Source: Octopus sinensis (taxonomy: Eukaryota). Taken from it: 64,000 nt of DNA. The DNA lies in the NCBI RefSeq assembly GCF_006345805.1, contig NC_043014.1, positions 12,896,001-12,960,000 of the forward strand. Direction: 5' to 3'. Positions 1-12,295 of the stretch are shown one piece after another. The notes beneath the pieces were generated by a model. That model saw only the letters and a program-made list of their open reading frames with translations. It was not told the DNA's origin and did not search any database. The translations under genes and the position numbers were made by a program. The stretch's first letter is position 1, and each line of letters begins with the position of its first letter.

Positions 1-361
1 GATCTCATGGACTTTCTGGGATTGTAATCAATGGTCTGTTGAACTTGCTGGATAAATTCAGGTGTTCTGATGATTTCAGAGCGTTTAGAATGCTTTTTAT
101 GCTTTGATACTGGTGGTACATTTCCATTTTCGGTCTGTAGCTCCTTACAAACTTTGTAGACGAAAGATCTGGCAAATTTTTTTTTAAATAGTTCTAAATC
201 GCTATGCTCAGCCTCTATAACCACAGTTACAGCATGCCTCTTCATTTCTTGAGTAAGCTGAGGGTCTGCCATTATTATTTTCTGAAACAAAGATTATACA
301 GAGTGAGCAAAAAATGCAGCAATGACCCCAAAAAATGTCCACAAATATCTTATGCACCCTG
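1..361 (-). mobile_element. maT (DD37D)/Tc1-mariner element 5' end, truncated by the window edge
   Basis: Closely similar to 42026-42381; ends in the terminal inverted repeat (TIR) aaatatcttatgcaccctg followed by TA. Confidence 0.8.
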
Positions 362-769
362 TATACTCGTCTCCTTCTTCTTAGTTTCCGTTGTTTCTTT
401 CATTGTTCCTGATTTATGTCAGTGCCATCGATGGTCAGTGAAGGCCTTGTTTGGAATTGATGGGTTTTTTGTTGTATCCTTTTCATTTCTTTGATGATGT
501 TCTTCAAAATGTCATAAACCTATCTTGAAGTGATGTCATGTTCAGTCATCTGCACACTTCTCCCAGTAATTAAAGTTGATGTTCATGCTTTTCATTGTCA
601 TCATCATCTATTTTAGTTGGTCTTTTTTAGTATCATGTGGTCTCTTGCCGGTTTTGAGTTCACAGTAGGGGATTTGGCGTGGAACTCTGAGGTAGTGTTT
701 GCTGTTGATAGCCTCAATGGTGTTGGCTTTGACCTGTCCAAGGACTGTACAGTTGTTGACATAGTCCTA

Positions 770-930
770 CCATTTGATCATAATCGAAATTTCTGTTTAT
801 GAAATCGTTCTAGATTTCGGATGTCCAGGCGATGCTAAATCCATGTCTCAAATTTGTAGAGTAACATGGATACAACTACAGCTTCACACATCATGGGTCT
901 GGTCTGCAATTTCAGGCTCTTATTACAAAA
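770..930 (-). mobile_element. RTE/BovB-type LINE fragment
   Basis: Degenerate translation LKLQTRPMMCEAVVVSMLLYKFETWI*HRLDIRNLERF resembles the RTE LLYGCETW motif. Confidence 0.5.
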
Positions 931-1349
931 AAATAAAAATCTCGAAATTCATTGATGCTAAGTGATACTCGCCTATTCCCCAAACAGGCTCTAACCTCAA
1001 TCGAGGAGATGTGTCAGACTCAGATCAGAAAGATTCAATTCAGAGAGAAAAGGCTATTAAGCTTTGACAATATGCCACAGACCTTAGAAATCCCTATGCC
1101 TGGACAAAGGAACTATACAGCCCAACCCATGTTTGAACAGCTATTTTGAAAACTGCCAACATCATCCAAATTCTCTAAAAGTACAATTGACATGATATTC
1201 TGTGCAAGACAGTTCCAGCAAAAATACAGAGAATGACAGGAATCTTTCTTGTTTATCTTATATGATCTCAAAAGGCTTTTGACCTCCTGCCAGTCCATGA
1301 AATGCCTGTTATATCCTGCTTCAGGAAAATTTAGTTTGAAACCAAAAAT

Positions 1350-1910
1350 CTGATCATTGAAAATTTAAAAACAAACCCTAAAGCATTCTTCAAATTTGCT
1401 ACAGAAATGGCCTTAGTTGCAGATGTTCTTTGAAATGCTTGTCCATTTGCACATGAAAATGGACAAACCAGGTGAATACTTTGCCACTACATCTGCACAT
1501 AGCGAGGCAGTCATTTATTAATTATATCAGCATAAAAGATAATGATGTAATACTGGCCAAAGATGAAATAAGCCTCAGCTCAGTTACTGGTCCTAATGGC
1601 TTCCCAGCAATCCTTCTGAAAACCCAGTAAAACTATTGTAGTCTCTTTCCGAAGCTATCTTGCAAGTGGCAAGTTAAAGGAAAATATAATATGCCCCCTT
1701 CATAAAGGCGGAAGCAGTGCAGACGCTAAAAATTATAGGCTTATCCCTCTGACCTCACAGATTAGTTATGTCATGGAACAAATTGTCAGAAGGAAACTAA
1801 TCGTGTTCCTTAAAGAAAGTGACTTGCTGAGTAACATCCAGCATGGTTTTCAATCAGGATGAAGTTTTCTGATACATCTCCTACAACACTGGGGATTAAA
1901 GCAGTTGCTG
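1350..1910 (+). mobile_element. CR1/L2-group LINE reverse transcriptase remnant
   Basis: Reads TGPNGFPAILLK...CPLHKGGSSADAKNYRLIPLTSQISYVMEQIV...NIQHGFQSG*, with stops and frameshifts. Confidence 0.75.
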
Positions 1911-2249
1911 AACCACTTACTACTTGTACTGCACATAAAAAACACCATTTGAGCATGGCCGTTGCCAGTACCGCCTGACTGGCCTTTGTACCGGTGGCAC
2001 ATAAAAGCATCCACTACACTCTTAGAGCGGTTGGCGTTAGGAAGGTCATCCAGCTGTAGAAACTCTGCCAGATCAGATTGGAGCCTGGTGCCTCCATCTG
2101 GTTCATCAGCCCTCAGTCAAAATCGTCCAACCCATGCTAGCATGGAAAGCGGACGTTAAATAATGATGATGACTGATCCATAGCTCACTTCTTACACTCA
2201 CAACACTTCTAGTATCATGCTGATACTAGCTTTTGTCCTTCAAGATGAA

Positions 2250-2800
2250 GAATCCTTCACTAACGTTTCTATTTCTCGGTTGATGAAGTGTCATAAGTGC
2301 AGAATGAGAGCCATAGATCAGAACAAGTTATTATCCAAGTGAGATATTTTTCCACAATTCTAACATGCAAAACCAGTGATTAAGCAAGAGTCAACTTCCA
2401 GGGCCTGTTGCCAAACACAAGCATTTTAAATAGAAGGCGATGCTGTGCCTGGGGGAATTATGAGGGGATAATTCACTACAAATGCTTTCTGGACAGTCAA
2501 AGCATCAATGCCAACTTGTATACTGAATAGCTGGAGCAGATGTATGCCATTGTGCATCAAAAATACCCAGCATTGATTAACAGACATCAAGCTTTTCTGC
2601 GGCAAGATCTCATTGTTCAAACAACCTGGAATAAACTTCAGGGAGTTGAGGGAATCGAACTGATACCACACCCAACATATAGTCTGGGCCTAGCCTCCTT
2701 GGATTATTACTTCTTCCAACCCTTGGCTCATTTCCTACACTTGTGATGCTTCATCAACCAGGAGGTGAATGGTTCACTGAAGGAGAACTTCACCTTAACC
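2250..2800 (+). mobile_element. mariner transposase remnant
   Basis: GIIHY...INANLY and LIPHPTYSLGLASLDYYFF (degenerate PHPPYSPDLAPSDY). Confidence 0.75.
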
Positions 2801-3676
2801 CCTTGACAATGGTTGATGCAAATATGCGATCACACTTTTGCTTGCCTACCTGCGCTTAACGTAAATATACAATGTAGAGCTGCCCCACATCTATCATGGA
2901 CTTTTTAGCGGCTGACGTATGTTTACATTCACTATCATGTACTTTATCTCTTGAGGTGCACGCGCTCAATGTCTCATGCATTATCTTAGCTATTTTAGGT
3001 TACGTTCAAGTCATGAGACTAGCAGTATACCAATGATATGCGGATACTTTACATGCATAATACCGTGTTTTGAGTTGTACCACATGCAAGCTATTTTCTG
3101 AACTTGAGCAGAATAACTCATGCATATCATATTATGATAAATAGCTTCACATAGTTTGTTTTCATAAACCGGCAGGTGTAAATGTACGACACTATGTTGT
3201 TGTAATGGTGAACATAAATAGACACTTGTGTGTTTGTGTGTCCTCATTAGATAAAAAAACCCAGAGCAGTGTCTCACATGCTTTGGGTAATACTGGTGTC
3301 AAGGAGTTAAAGGACAAGAACTGATTTCAGTATGGGATTGTAGAACTGGCAGAACGGTGACTACAGACAATGCAACACAATGGCCTCTACAATATATGCT
3401 AAGCTGCTTTTGTTGTAACTGGCTGAATAAAGCAAAGAAGTTACCAAAATATTGCAAAACTTTTGACTCAACACAATAAATACAAGGCTGTGACAATATA
3501 CTCAAATAAAGTATGAAACCATAAATCTATCATAAATAAATCATGTTTTCTGAGTCTCATATTTCAATTTTATCTTCTTTCAGATCAGCTTTATAGTTGT
3601 TTATATTTTAGCCAAGAACTACCAGCCAAGATGGAGAACTTGCATTTTTGGCTATGATGTTTTGCTTTACTATGAT

Positions 3677-4063
3677 AGGCGTAGGAGTGGCTGTGTGGTA
3701 AGTAGCTTGCTTATGAACCACATGGTTCCGGGTTCAGTACCATTGCGTGGCACCTTGGGCAAGTGTCTTCTACTATAGCCATGGGCTGACCAAAGCCTTG
3801 TGAGTGGATTTGGTAGACAGATACTGAAAGAAGACTGTTGCATATATGTATATATATATGTGTATGTGTGTCTATGTTTGTCCTCTGAACATTGCTTGAC
3901 AACTGATGCTGGTGTGTTTACGTCCTCGTAACTTAGCAGTTTGGCAAAAGAGACCGATAGAATAAGTACTAGGCTTAAAAAGAATAAGTCCTGGGGTCGA
4001 TTTGCTTGACTAAAGGTGGTGCTCCAGCATGGCCACAGTCAATGACTGAAACAAGTAAAAGAG
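3677..4063 (+). mobile_element. tRNA-derived SINE family A (Octopus OK/OR-type), full-length copy
   Basis: Head GGCGTAGGAGTGGCTGTGTGGTAAG...GGTTCAGT, central (TA/TG)n, tail GACTGAAACAAGTAAAAGAG. More than 20 copies on both strands, e.g. 12852-13222, 15338-15650, 17364-17725, 30646-31072, 38495-38862, 47615-47992, 49770-50148. Confidence 0.9.
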
Positions 4064-4181
4064 AGCCACCAGGGTGATGCACAACTGCTATTTTTTTGTT
4101 GTCATCCACTCATTGCAAACAACAGATAGGCAGGTGAAAGTTTAATATTTCTTTTATATTTCTAGAATTTCCATTTAGATC

Positions 4182-4763
4182 AGTGGTTTCCAACCATTTT
4201 TTACCTATGGATCCCCTTGATTTCTGTTTTCCTTAGGTGGGCCCTCATAGCCAATTAATTTTTTAAAAAATTCCTGTTATATTTTTATAATTAAATATGA
4301 AGAATTGTATTAGAAATTCATCATCATAATCATCATCGTTTAACGTCCGCTTTCCATGCTAGCATGGGTTGGATGATTTGACTGAGGACTGGGGAACCAG
4401 ATGGCTGCACCAGGCTCTAATCTGATCTGGCACAGTTTCTACAACTAGATGCCCTTCCTAACGCCAACTACACTGAGAGTGTAGTGGGTGCTTTTACATG
4501 CCACTGGCACAAGGGCCAGTCAGGCGGTATTGACTACGGCCACATTCAAATGGTGTTTTTTATGTGCCACCTGCACAGGAGCCAGTCCAGCGGCACTGGC
4601 AATGACCTCACTTGAATGTTTTTTCATGTGCCAGTAAGGCGACGCTGGTAACGATTATGCTGTGTATTGTAGGAGGGTAACGAATTTATAGCAGATAAAC
4701 TTTAACAACAAAATCTTACATGGTTCCTCAAGGGCCATATGTACCTTGGTTGAGAATCACCAA
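4182..4763. mobile_element. hAT (Charlie-like) MITE with a family C insertion
   Basis: CAGTGGTTTCCAACC...GGTTGAGAATCAC termini; same family as 58361-58953 and ~39529-39798. Confidence 0.6.
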
Positions 4764-6147
4764 TTTAGACGATTGAAAAATGTCCCTTAAAGGTGACACA
4801 GTTATTAAATAATGAAAGACATATCAGATGTGGGTTATGTATGCTGTGATCTCTCCATACAATTACTGACATAATAGGTGCAGGCTTGCTTCCCAACCAC
4901 ATGGTTCTGTGTTCAGTTCCACTGCATAGCACCTTGAGCAAGCATCTCCTGCTGTAGCCTCAGGCAGATCAAAACCTTATGATTGGATTTGGTAGATGGA
5001 AACTGAAAGAAGCCTGTTACGTATATATATATCATCATCATCATCTTCGTTTAACATCTGTTTTCCATGCTAGCATGGGTTGGACGGTTCAACTGGAGTC
5101 TGGGAAGCCAGGAGGCTGCGCCAGGCTCAGTCTGATCTGGCAGTGTTTCTACAGCTGGATGCCCTTCCTAACGCCAACCACTCCATGAGTGTAGTGGGTG
5201 CTTTTTATGTGCCACCGGCACAGGGGCCAGAGGAGGCTGGAAAACGGCCACTATCGGTTGGTGCTCTTTATGTGTCACCGACACGGACGCCAGCATAAAT
5301 ATATATATATATATGTATGTATGTGTCTGTGTTTGTATCCTGCATCACTACTTGACAACTGGAGTTGGTGTGTTTACACCCCCATAACTTAGCAGTTCAG
5401 CAAAAGAGACCCATAGGATAAGTACTAGGCTTAAAAAATAAGTCCTGGAGTTGATTTGTTTGAATAAAACCTCTGAAGGTGGTGTTTCAGCATGGCCACA
5501 GTCTAACGACTGAAACAAATAAAAGAATAGTGTAAGTTAGTGTTTACAGACAGTGATATTTCGGCTTGTTTTCAATATTTTGCTATTAGTAATAATCACT
5601 GTTCCCAGCAGACCTTTGCTTATCCACTCCCTAAAACACTTAATCCCCCACCTGTAATATGGCTGCATTAGAAGCAGAGCAATTTTCTTTTTATACATCG
5701 ATCAATGGAAATTGTAGATGTGTTACCAGTGCCGGTGGCATGTAAGAGAACCTTCCGTTTCGCGACCGTTACCAGCGCCGCCCCGACTGGCCTTGTGCCG
5801 GTGGCACGTAAAAAGCACCATCCGTTCACAGACCCCAGTAGAACTGTCTTGTTTACTGTTAAGTACACTAATTTTCTGAACAATCACGAATTCCATTATG
5901 TTAGTTTGAAGCCTCCATTTGTATGATGCCAATTAATAGTAAACAATTTTCAAAGAAATATGATGACCTTGTAAACACTTTTTATAGGAATGCAGCAATC
6001 AGCCATCATTTCATTAGCGCCAAACAATTTCAAACCAATGTTATCATTAAAAACTGTAACCATGAAAACTCTTCATAACGTTATCTGGCTAATAACTAAT
6101 ATTTTATCCTACAGAGCAGACCAATAAAAAAAACTGAACAAAAGCGT

Positions 6148-6173
6148 TTTATTAATGGAAAATAGTATTTATT
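6148..6173 (-). terminator. Candidate polyadenylation signals for FAM210A (two AATAAA)
   Basis: TTTATT on + at 6148-6153 and 6168-6173, about 300 bp past the stop codon. Confidence 0.35.
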
Positions 6174-6467
6174 TGTAACTAAAAAAAACAAAAAAACTAT
6201 GTATTGCAAGTTCTTTCTGTCAGTATTCTACAAATGCATAGCATTGTTCCTCATGGAATCACAGACCAAAAAATCCTATAACGGAATTATTGTTTGTCTT
6301 GTTTTGCTATTGTTTTTTAAAAATTTGTTCTTATAGATCACAGCAAATAAAACAAAAAACTATGGTAATCTCAAATTTACCACAGTTAATTAATTTTAGT
6401 CAACTAATGAAATAACTTGGAAAAAAAAAAAGAAAAAAATTTTTTTTTTCTTCTTTTTATGAAATTG

Positions 6468-6813
6468 CTAAAATCGTTTTTTTCTCAACTTTTTGAGCTT
6501 CAGAAATCTTTTCTTCATTTTTAGCAACCTACTCTTCTTTAGTTGTTTTCTGCGAGCATTTAAATATATCTTACTGTCAGAATAAAGTGCTTTGAATTTT
6601 GCCTCATCCGGCACTGGTTTCATGCGTCCAGTTTTCTTGAAATATCGGATGGCCAGGTTTGTTCCTGCTAAAGTCACTGCGTATCGGGCAGGAGTGGCAA
6701 GTTTGTACATTAAATATGCAACAGCTATATTTCCAATGCCGGATTTTTTAAACTGGTTTATGATCGTCTCACTTACATTTAGTCTTTCAAGGACAGGAAT
6801 TATGTCAAAACCA
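6468..6813 (-). CDS. FAM210A: FAM210A (DUF1279) last coding exon
   Basis: Encodes GFDIIPVLERLNVSETIINQFKKSGIGNIAVAYLMYKLATPARYAVTLAGT, matching the FAM210A motif AYALFKIATPARYTVTLGGT. Acceptor tttgttccAG at 6815-6814; phase matches the upstream exon (AC+T=Thr); ends in TAG. Confidence 0.93.
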
Positions 6814-7790
6814 CTGGAACAAACAAACAAAATGAATAAAATTAAACAAACTCTTTCCATGTTTTGAGAGGAAGGTATTTATCTATCAGTTGTTTTGCAA
6901 ACAAAATGCTAGAGAACAGAAAATATTATATTCATAAAACAGACCTATTGACTCAAGTACATGAACATCGAAATAAATATCAATGGAAATAGTAGTTGTG
7001 ATACCTGTGCCGGTGGCACATAAAGAGCACCATCCGAACGTGACCGATGCCAGCGCCGCCTTGACTGGCTTCCGTGCCAGTGGCACATTAAAGGCACCAA
7101 CCGATCGTGGCCGCTGCCAGACTCCCCTGGCACATAAAAAGCACCCACTACACTCGCGGCGTGGTTGGCGTTAGGAAGGGCATCCAGCTGTAGAAACACT
7201 GCAAGATCAGACTGGAGCCTGGTGCAGCCTCCTGGCTTCCCAGACCCCGGTCGAACCGTCCAACCCGTGCTAGCATGGAAAACGGACGTTAAACGATGAT
7301 GATGATGATATCAGTGTACACTAAAACACATACATATAATTCCAATATTCTGAAGTAGATATCATTACCATTGCACACCTGATTTTCTCCCCTCCATACA
7401 CACACAAGCAGGTATCTGACTCATACACTGTTCACTTTCCAGACATTTGTACATTACTGTATATGCTTTATAGGCACTTTTGACAAGTTGTGGTGCACCT
7501 GAGCACTGTATACAATAATTTCATTATTATATTGTTTTAACATTCATCTTTCCATGCTTAAACAGGCTGGCACCAAATAAAAAGCACTCAGTACACTCTG
7601 TAAAGTGGTTGGCGTTAGGAAGGGCATCCAACTGTAGAAAGCCAAAACAGATAAAGTGGCGAGCTGGCAGAAACGTCAGCACGCTGGGCGAAATGCGTAG
7701 CCGTATTTCGTCTGCCGTTACGTTTTGAGTTCAAATTCCGCCGAGGTCGACTTTGCCTTTCATCCTTTCGAGGTCGCTATTTATAAAATA

Positions 7791-8190
7791 CTAGCAGCAT
7801 AGCCCGGCGTTGCCCGGGTATGTAAGAGCCCCTAGTAGGCAATGACTAATCCCAATCTAGTTCTTTCCCTCTAGGGAACAAAGGCGCATGTGTAGGTTGC
7901 AATGTCTTCTCTTCACTCGAATACTTCTATGTATACGATGTTCCTAGCTGTCTCCCGACAGAAAATGTGTTGCATATAAAAAGCTTAGATTCTCGACCCC
8001 ATGTCAAATTTATTGATGTTTTTCAGAACTGGGGGAACTTTTCAAAATTTTCGCTACGTTAGTTTTGAATTATGACATTGGGCTATGTGTGTGTCAAGTT
8101 TCATCAGAATCGGTTGAAAGCCGTGGTCAGGGTGAGGGTACAACCTGGCAGCCACACAGACAGACAAAATGCCGTTTATATATATAGAGA
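7791..8190 (-). mobile_element. Non-autonomous Helitron inserted in a SINE B copy (FAM210A intron)
   Basis: On -: 5' TCTCTATATATATAAACGGCA...; 3' hairpin CCCGGGCAACGCCGGG followed by CTAG|T. Confidence 0.75.
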
Positions 8191-8458
8191 TAGAGATAGA
8201 GATTAAGTGAACTCGGTAATTGTTGTGTAGCAGAAGTTAGGTCTTATCTAGTATACCTATAATCAAAGGTATTCTAGTAATGCTGAGAAAGTCCTTTTTT
8301 CATATCAGGGATTGTATTGCCCACAGTGGTCTTCCTTCTTTTCAAACAATAAGGGTGTGATTTGAGGAAGATTTAGCTGCCATTTCTAAAAAATGATTGA
8401 GATAGGCAAAATAATTAAAAGAGTAAAATTTTAAAAAATAAAAAGATGAACAACTTAC

Positions 8459-8774
8459 GTTATAGTGAGATAATAGAAGGAACCAAGCCAGACAGCAGAC
8501 GTGGCTAGATGAACCCCAATGAGAACCTTGCCATGCTGCTTATAGGCTTGTTTGAATCGTTGAAAAATGGATAAACCCTTTGGAGTTTCCTTGTCGATAT
8601 CGTCTCCATTACGCTGAACCCTGCTGGTCTTGTGAAAGGAATTTGTTCGGAAATTTCGACAATATGCAGATGATACCAACTGATTTGTTAAGTTAATATT
8701 ATTTTGTCTTCCATATTTGGGCCCTGGTATTAATTGGAGATGATTGTAGGAAGAGAAAAATAACGGCCTGTTGG
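8459..8774 (-). CDS. FAM210A: FAM210A internal coding exon
   Basis: Open frame ...KGLSIFQRFKQAYKQHGKVLIGVHLATSAVWLGSFYYLTIT (cf. human SLYQRFKKTFRQYGKVLIPVHLITSGVWFGTFYY). Polypyrimidine acceptor ttctttcttttcAG and donor AC|GTAAGT at 8458. Confidence 0.92.
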
Positions 8775-8848
8775 CTGAAAAGAAAGAAAATAGAAGAGAT
8801 GAGCGATTGAATTAGCACAGAGTTTCTTTATTCTACACTTATCTTTAA

Positions 8849-9067
8849 CCCTTTGATTTCCAACCCGGCTGAAACCGGTCTGGCTCTGAGTACAAGTGTT
8901 TTGTTTTCATAAGTTTTGAATTAAAATCTTCCACCAAACCTTAGTCACAATTTATGTTCCTAACATTAACTGAATGATAACTTAGTTATTTTACCAAATT
9001 CTTTGTTATATTTAAAGTAATTGAAAGAAACACAGAACATCTCAAAATAAATACAATAACGAAAGGG
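8849..9067. mobile_element. piggyBac-like MITE
   Basis: TTAA|CCCTTT...AAAGGG|TTAA termini. Copies at ~11895-12121, 28046-28172 and 28185-28416; related elements at ~61285 and ~63150. Confidence 0.8.
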
Positions 9068-9404
9068 TTAAACGTAGGGATAGATACAAACATGGCTGTG
9101 TGGTAAGAAGTTCGGTTCCCCACCACATGGCACCTTGGGCAAATGCTTTCTACATTAGCTTCAGGTCGACCAAAGATGGAAACTGAAAGAAACCTGCATG
9201 ACATATACATGTGTGTGTGTGTGTAATCTTGTGTCTGTGTTTGTCCCCCACCACTTGACAACCAGTGTTGGTTTGTTTATGAAAGTAATTGAAAGAAACA
9301 CAGAGCATCTCAAAATAAATACAGTAACAAAAGGGTTAAACTGGTATAGAGTCCTCTTTGGATTTCTGGTTGTCTTGAACTTTGATTCATGAATTTTCAT
9401 CTTA

Positions 9405-9855
9405 CTTGCCTGGGCATGGACACATTAAAACTCTGATGTCTGCCAACTGACTTGCCAGACACCCACAAGATTATCCACCATCTTTTTGACGACAACCTTG
9501 GGCATATGTTTGAATTTCATATGTCTAACACTTGTAGACATGCTTACAAAATAAAATTTAAAAAAAAAAACAACACAACACCCATGACCTTTGGAAATAT
9601 TTTTATGCTCAGAATTGCTGAAGCATGGAGTAAACTACCCACGTCAGCAGTTGGCTGTCGGGACATTGCATTCTTCAAAACTTCCGTGCTTCCTGAAATT
9701 TACCAACAGTACACCAGATATCCCCAGCCTTTAGCAGCTCATTCACAATTTATTTCCTGTCAATTATTCTATGTACTGTTCTTGCCCCTCTGGCTACTTT
9801 TTCCGGTGAGTTGTACCTGAGCACTGTATACAATAATTTCATTATTGTTATTATA
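9405..9855 (+). mobile_element. CR1-group LINE 3' end
   Basis: DTHKIIHH...RIAEAWSKLP C-terminal motif and TAA/TTA tail. Related pieces at 7340-7535 and 33140-33710. Confidence 0.7.
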
Positions 9856-9864
9856 AATATATCT

Positions 9865-10270
9865 GAGCAGGAACACTGCCAGAGCAGCTGTCCGGCTTCC
9901 GTGCAGGTGGCATGTAAAAAGCACCATTTGAGCGTGATTGTTACCAGCGTCGCCTTACTGGCACGTGAACAAAACATTCGAGTGAGGTCGTTGCCAGTGC
10001 CACTGGACTGACTCCTGTGCAGGTGGCACATAAAAAACACCATTTGAGTGTGGCCGTTGCCAGTACTGCCTAACTCATGCCGGTGGCACGTAAAAGCATC
10101 CACTACACTCTTGGAGCGGTTGACGTTAGGAAGGGCATCCAGCTGTAGAAACTCTGCCAGATCAGATTGGAGCCCGGTGCAGCCATCTGGTTTGCCAGTC
10201 CTCAGTCAAATCGTCCAACCCATGCTAGCATGGAAAGCAGACGCTAAACGATGATGATGTTGATGATGAT
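9865..10270 (+). mobile_element. Repeat family C: RTE-LINE-associated 3' end with (GAT)n tail
   Basis: GTGCCGGTGGCAC subunits, TTGGCGTTAGGAAGGGCATCCAGC core, GATGATGAT tail. About 15-20 copies, e.g. 1935-2172, 4320-4660, 6985-7308, 28975-29260, 40958-41214, 46678-46849, 60335-60705. Confidence 0.8.
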
Positions 10271-10860
10271 ATATGTGTCAACATTGTTAAAAGCTTTTCT
10301 CATTCACTTTCCATTTATTATTCAACTTCTGTACTGCAATGCTTCAAGCAAACCATGATACATATATATAAATTCGTTATATGCAACAGAAGCAATATTA
10401 CTTTTGGACATCAATGTATACAGCTTATTTAACATGGATATGTTGTAAGAAAGCCAGAATATTGCATCATTCATTTTGTGAAAAGATCTCATGTAAATAA
10501 GTAGTAATAAAAAGCAATGATACAGAAGTGTCAGTAGCAGATGGAAAGTGGTCAGCAGTGGCAGTGGAATTGCTAGATCCCAGGATTTCTGCACATTTGT
10601 GCCTCATTAATGGCAATTATCCACTACCAACTGCATTACTGGACAAATTTTGTGTTTACTGATATAGAAAAACAGTGATTAACAAATCACTGGTTCCACA
10701 AATATCTGGCAGGTTGAGCAAAAATCTATTATTAACAAGAGAAGCAATTTTAGTTCCAAATAGCAATCAGTATGTGATACTTAACATGGATATACTGTAA
10801 AAGAGCCACAGTCTGCTACAGACACTTTTGTGCCTATATATAGGTGCAGAGAGAGGGAGA

Positions 10861-10893
<33 letters not shown>

Positions 10894-11212
10894 CATGCAT
10901 ACGAGAAAGTGATCAAGAATGAAGTTAAATGATAAGATAGTGAATATTTTATTTTCTGGCATACAAATCATATTTTTCAGAACAAAATTTACAGCTGAAA
11001 AAGACAGGTCAACTTCATCATCATCATCATTTAATGTCTGCTTTCCATGCTGGCATGGGTTGGACAATATATACTAAAACTTATATATCAAAACAACTTT
11101 AGGGGGCCAAAAATTCCATGCAAAATGCAACAGGATTTGGAAAGATAGCAATGATGTGTGAATTTTTACACTATATTCTACATCAATTTGTAAGCCAGAA
11201 AATGCAGCATAT

Positions 11213-11680
11213 GTTAGTTAGTTAATTTTTGGCTCAAAAGCAAATAGCAAGGACATGGAGTTAAGTACAGGGTGGTGTTCATGTAAAGAGTTCAGGCCAC
11301 TTGAGGTCAAGGGAGACTTTGAACAAAGCGGTCGTCGGCATCTTCACCATCTCGTCCGGCAGCTTGTTCCACGGATCCGCAACCCGGACGGAGAAAGCTC
11401 CTCTCCTTCGATTGAGATGAAATCGTCGCAGATAGAGCTTTTCGGAATGACCCCGCAGCCGACGCTCTGGAGCAGGAGTGAAGAACAGCTCTTTCGAGAG
11501 GTTACACTTTCCGCTTATGATGTTGTGAGTGAGAATGAGATCACCACGGTGGTGGCGTTTTTCTAGAGAATAAAGGTCGAGCGTCCTCAGCCTTTCTTCA
11601 TAAGACAAATTTTTGAGACCATGAACCATGCGGGTAGCCAGCTTCTGGACTCTTTCGAGATGCTGTATGTCTTTGTAAGA
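11213..11680 (-). mobile_element. CR1 LINE 3' end (ORF2 C-terminus)
   Basis: LSYEERLRTLDLYSLEKRHHRGDLI...RGHSEKL...FSVRVADPWNKLP, with a (TAAC)n tail. Confidence 0.9.
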
Positions 11681-12295
11681 ATCAACTTCTGAATTATCAC
11701 AGAATCATATCTGCAGTATGTCTCACTGTGTCTTTGAATACAAAACTTAATTCTATGTACTTCAGATGAAGAACAGTCTCCAGATCTATTTGGTAATGAA
11801 GTGGAGACATGATTAGGGTAGGAGAAGACATTTGTCATTCATAAGGAGAAAGTGAAGAAGAAAGTTAAATGTCTCCAAATCATCAAGTGGCTATTAATCC
11901 TTTCATTAATGTATTTATTTTGAGATGCTCTGTGTTTCTTCCAATTACTTTAAATATAACAAACAATTTACTAAAATAACTTAGTTATCATTAAGCTAGT
12001 GTTAGGAATATAAATTGTGACTAAGGTTTGGTGGAAGATTTTAATTCAAAATTCATGAAAACAAGACATTTCTACTCAGAGCCAGAGCTAGTTTCAGCTG
12101 GGTTGGTAACAAAAGGGTTAAGGTCCCATTAATTAGATTTTGTTAAAAAAAAAAATTAAAAAAAAAAACTGGCTCTTCATTGGTTACAACAAGGGTTCTA
12201 GTTGATCTGATCAAAGGAAAAGTCTACTGAGGAGATTAGCGCGCAAGTCGCTGAGCAAGTCACAAACATGTACCTTTGACTTAGTTCTCAGAGAG

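Noticed and set aside
6814-6860. ATG start of the 130-aa ORF (MERVCLIL...)
   Set aside because: It is intronic polypyrimidine sequence upstream of the acceptor.
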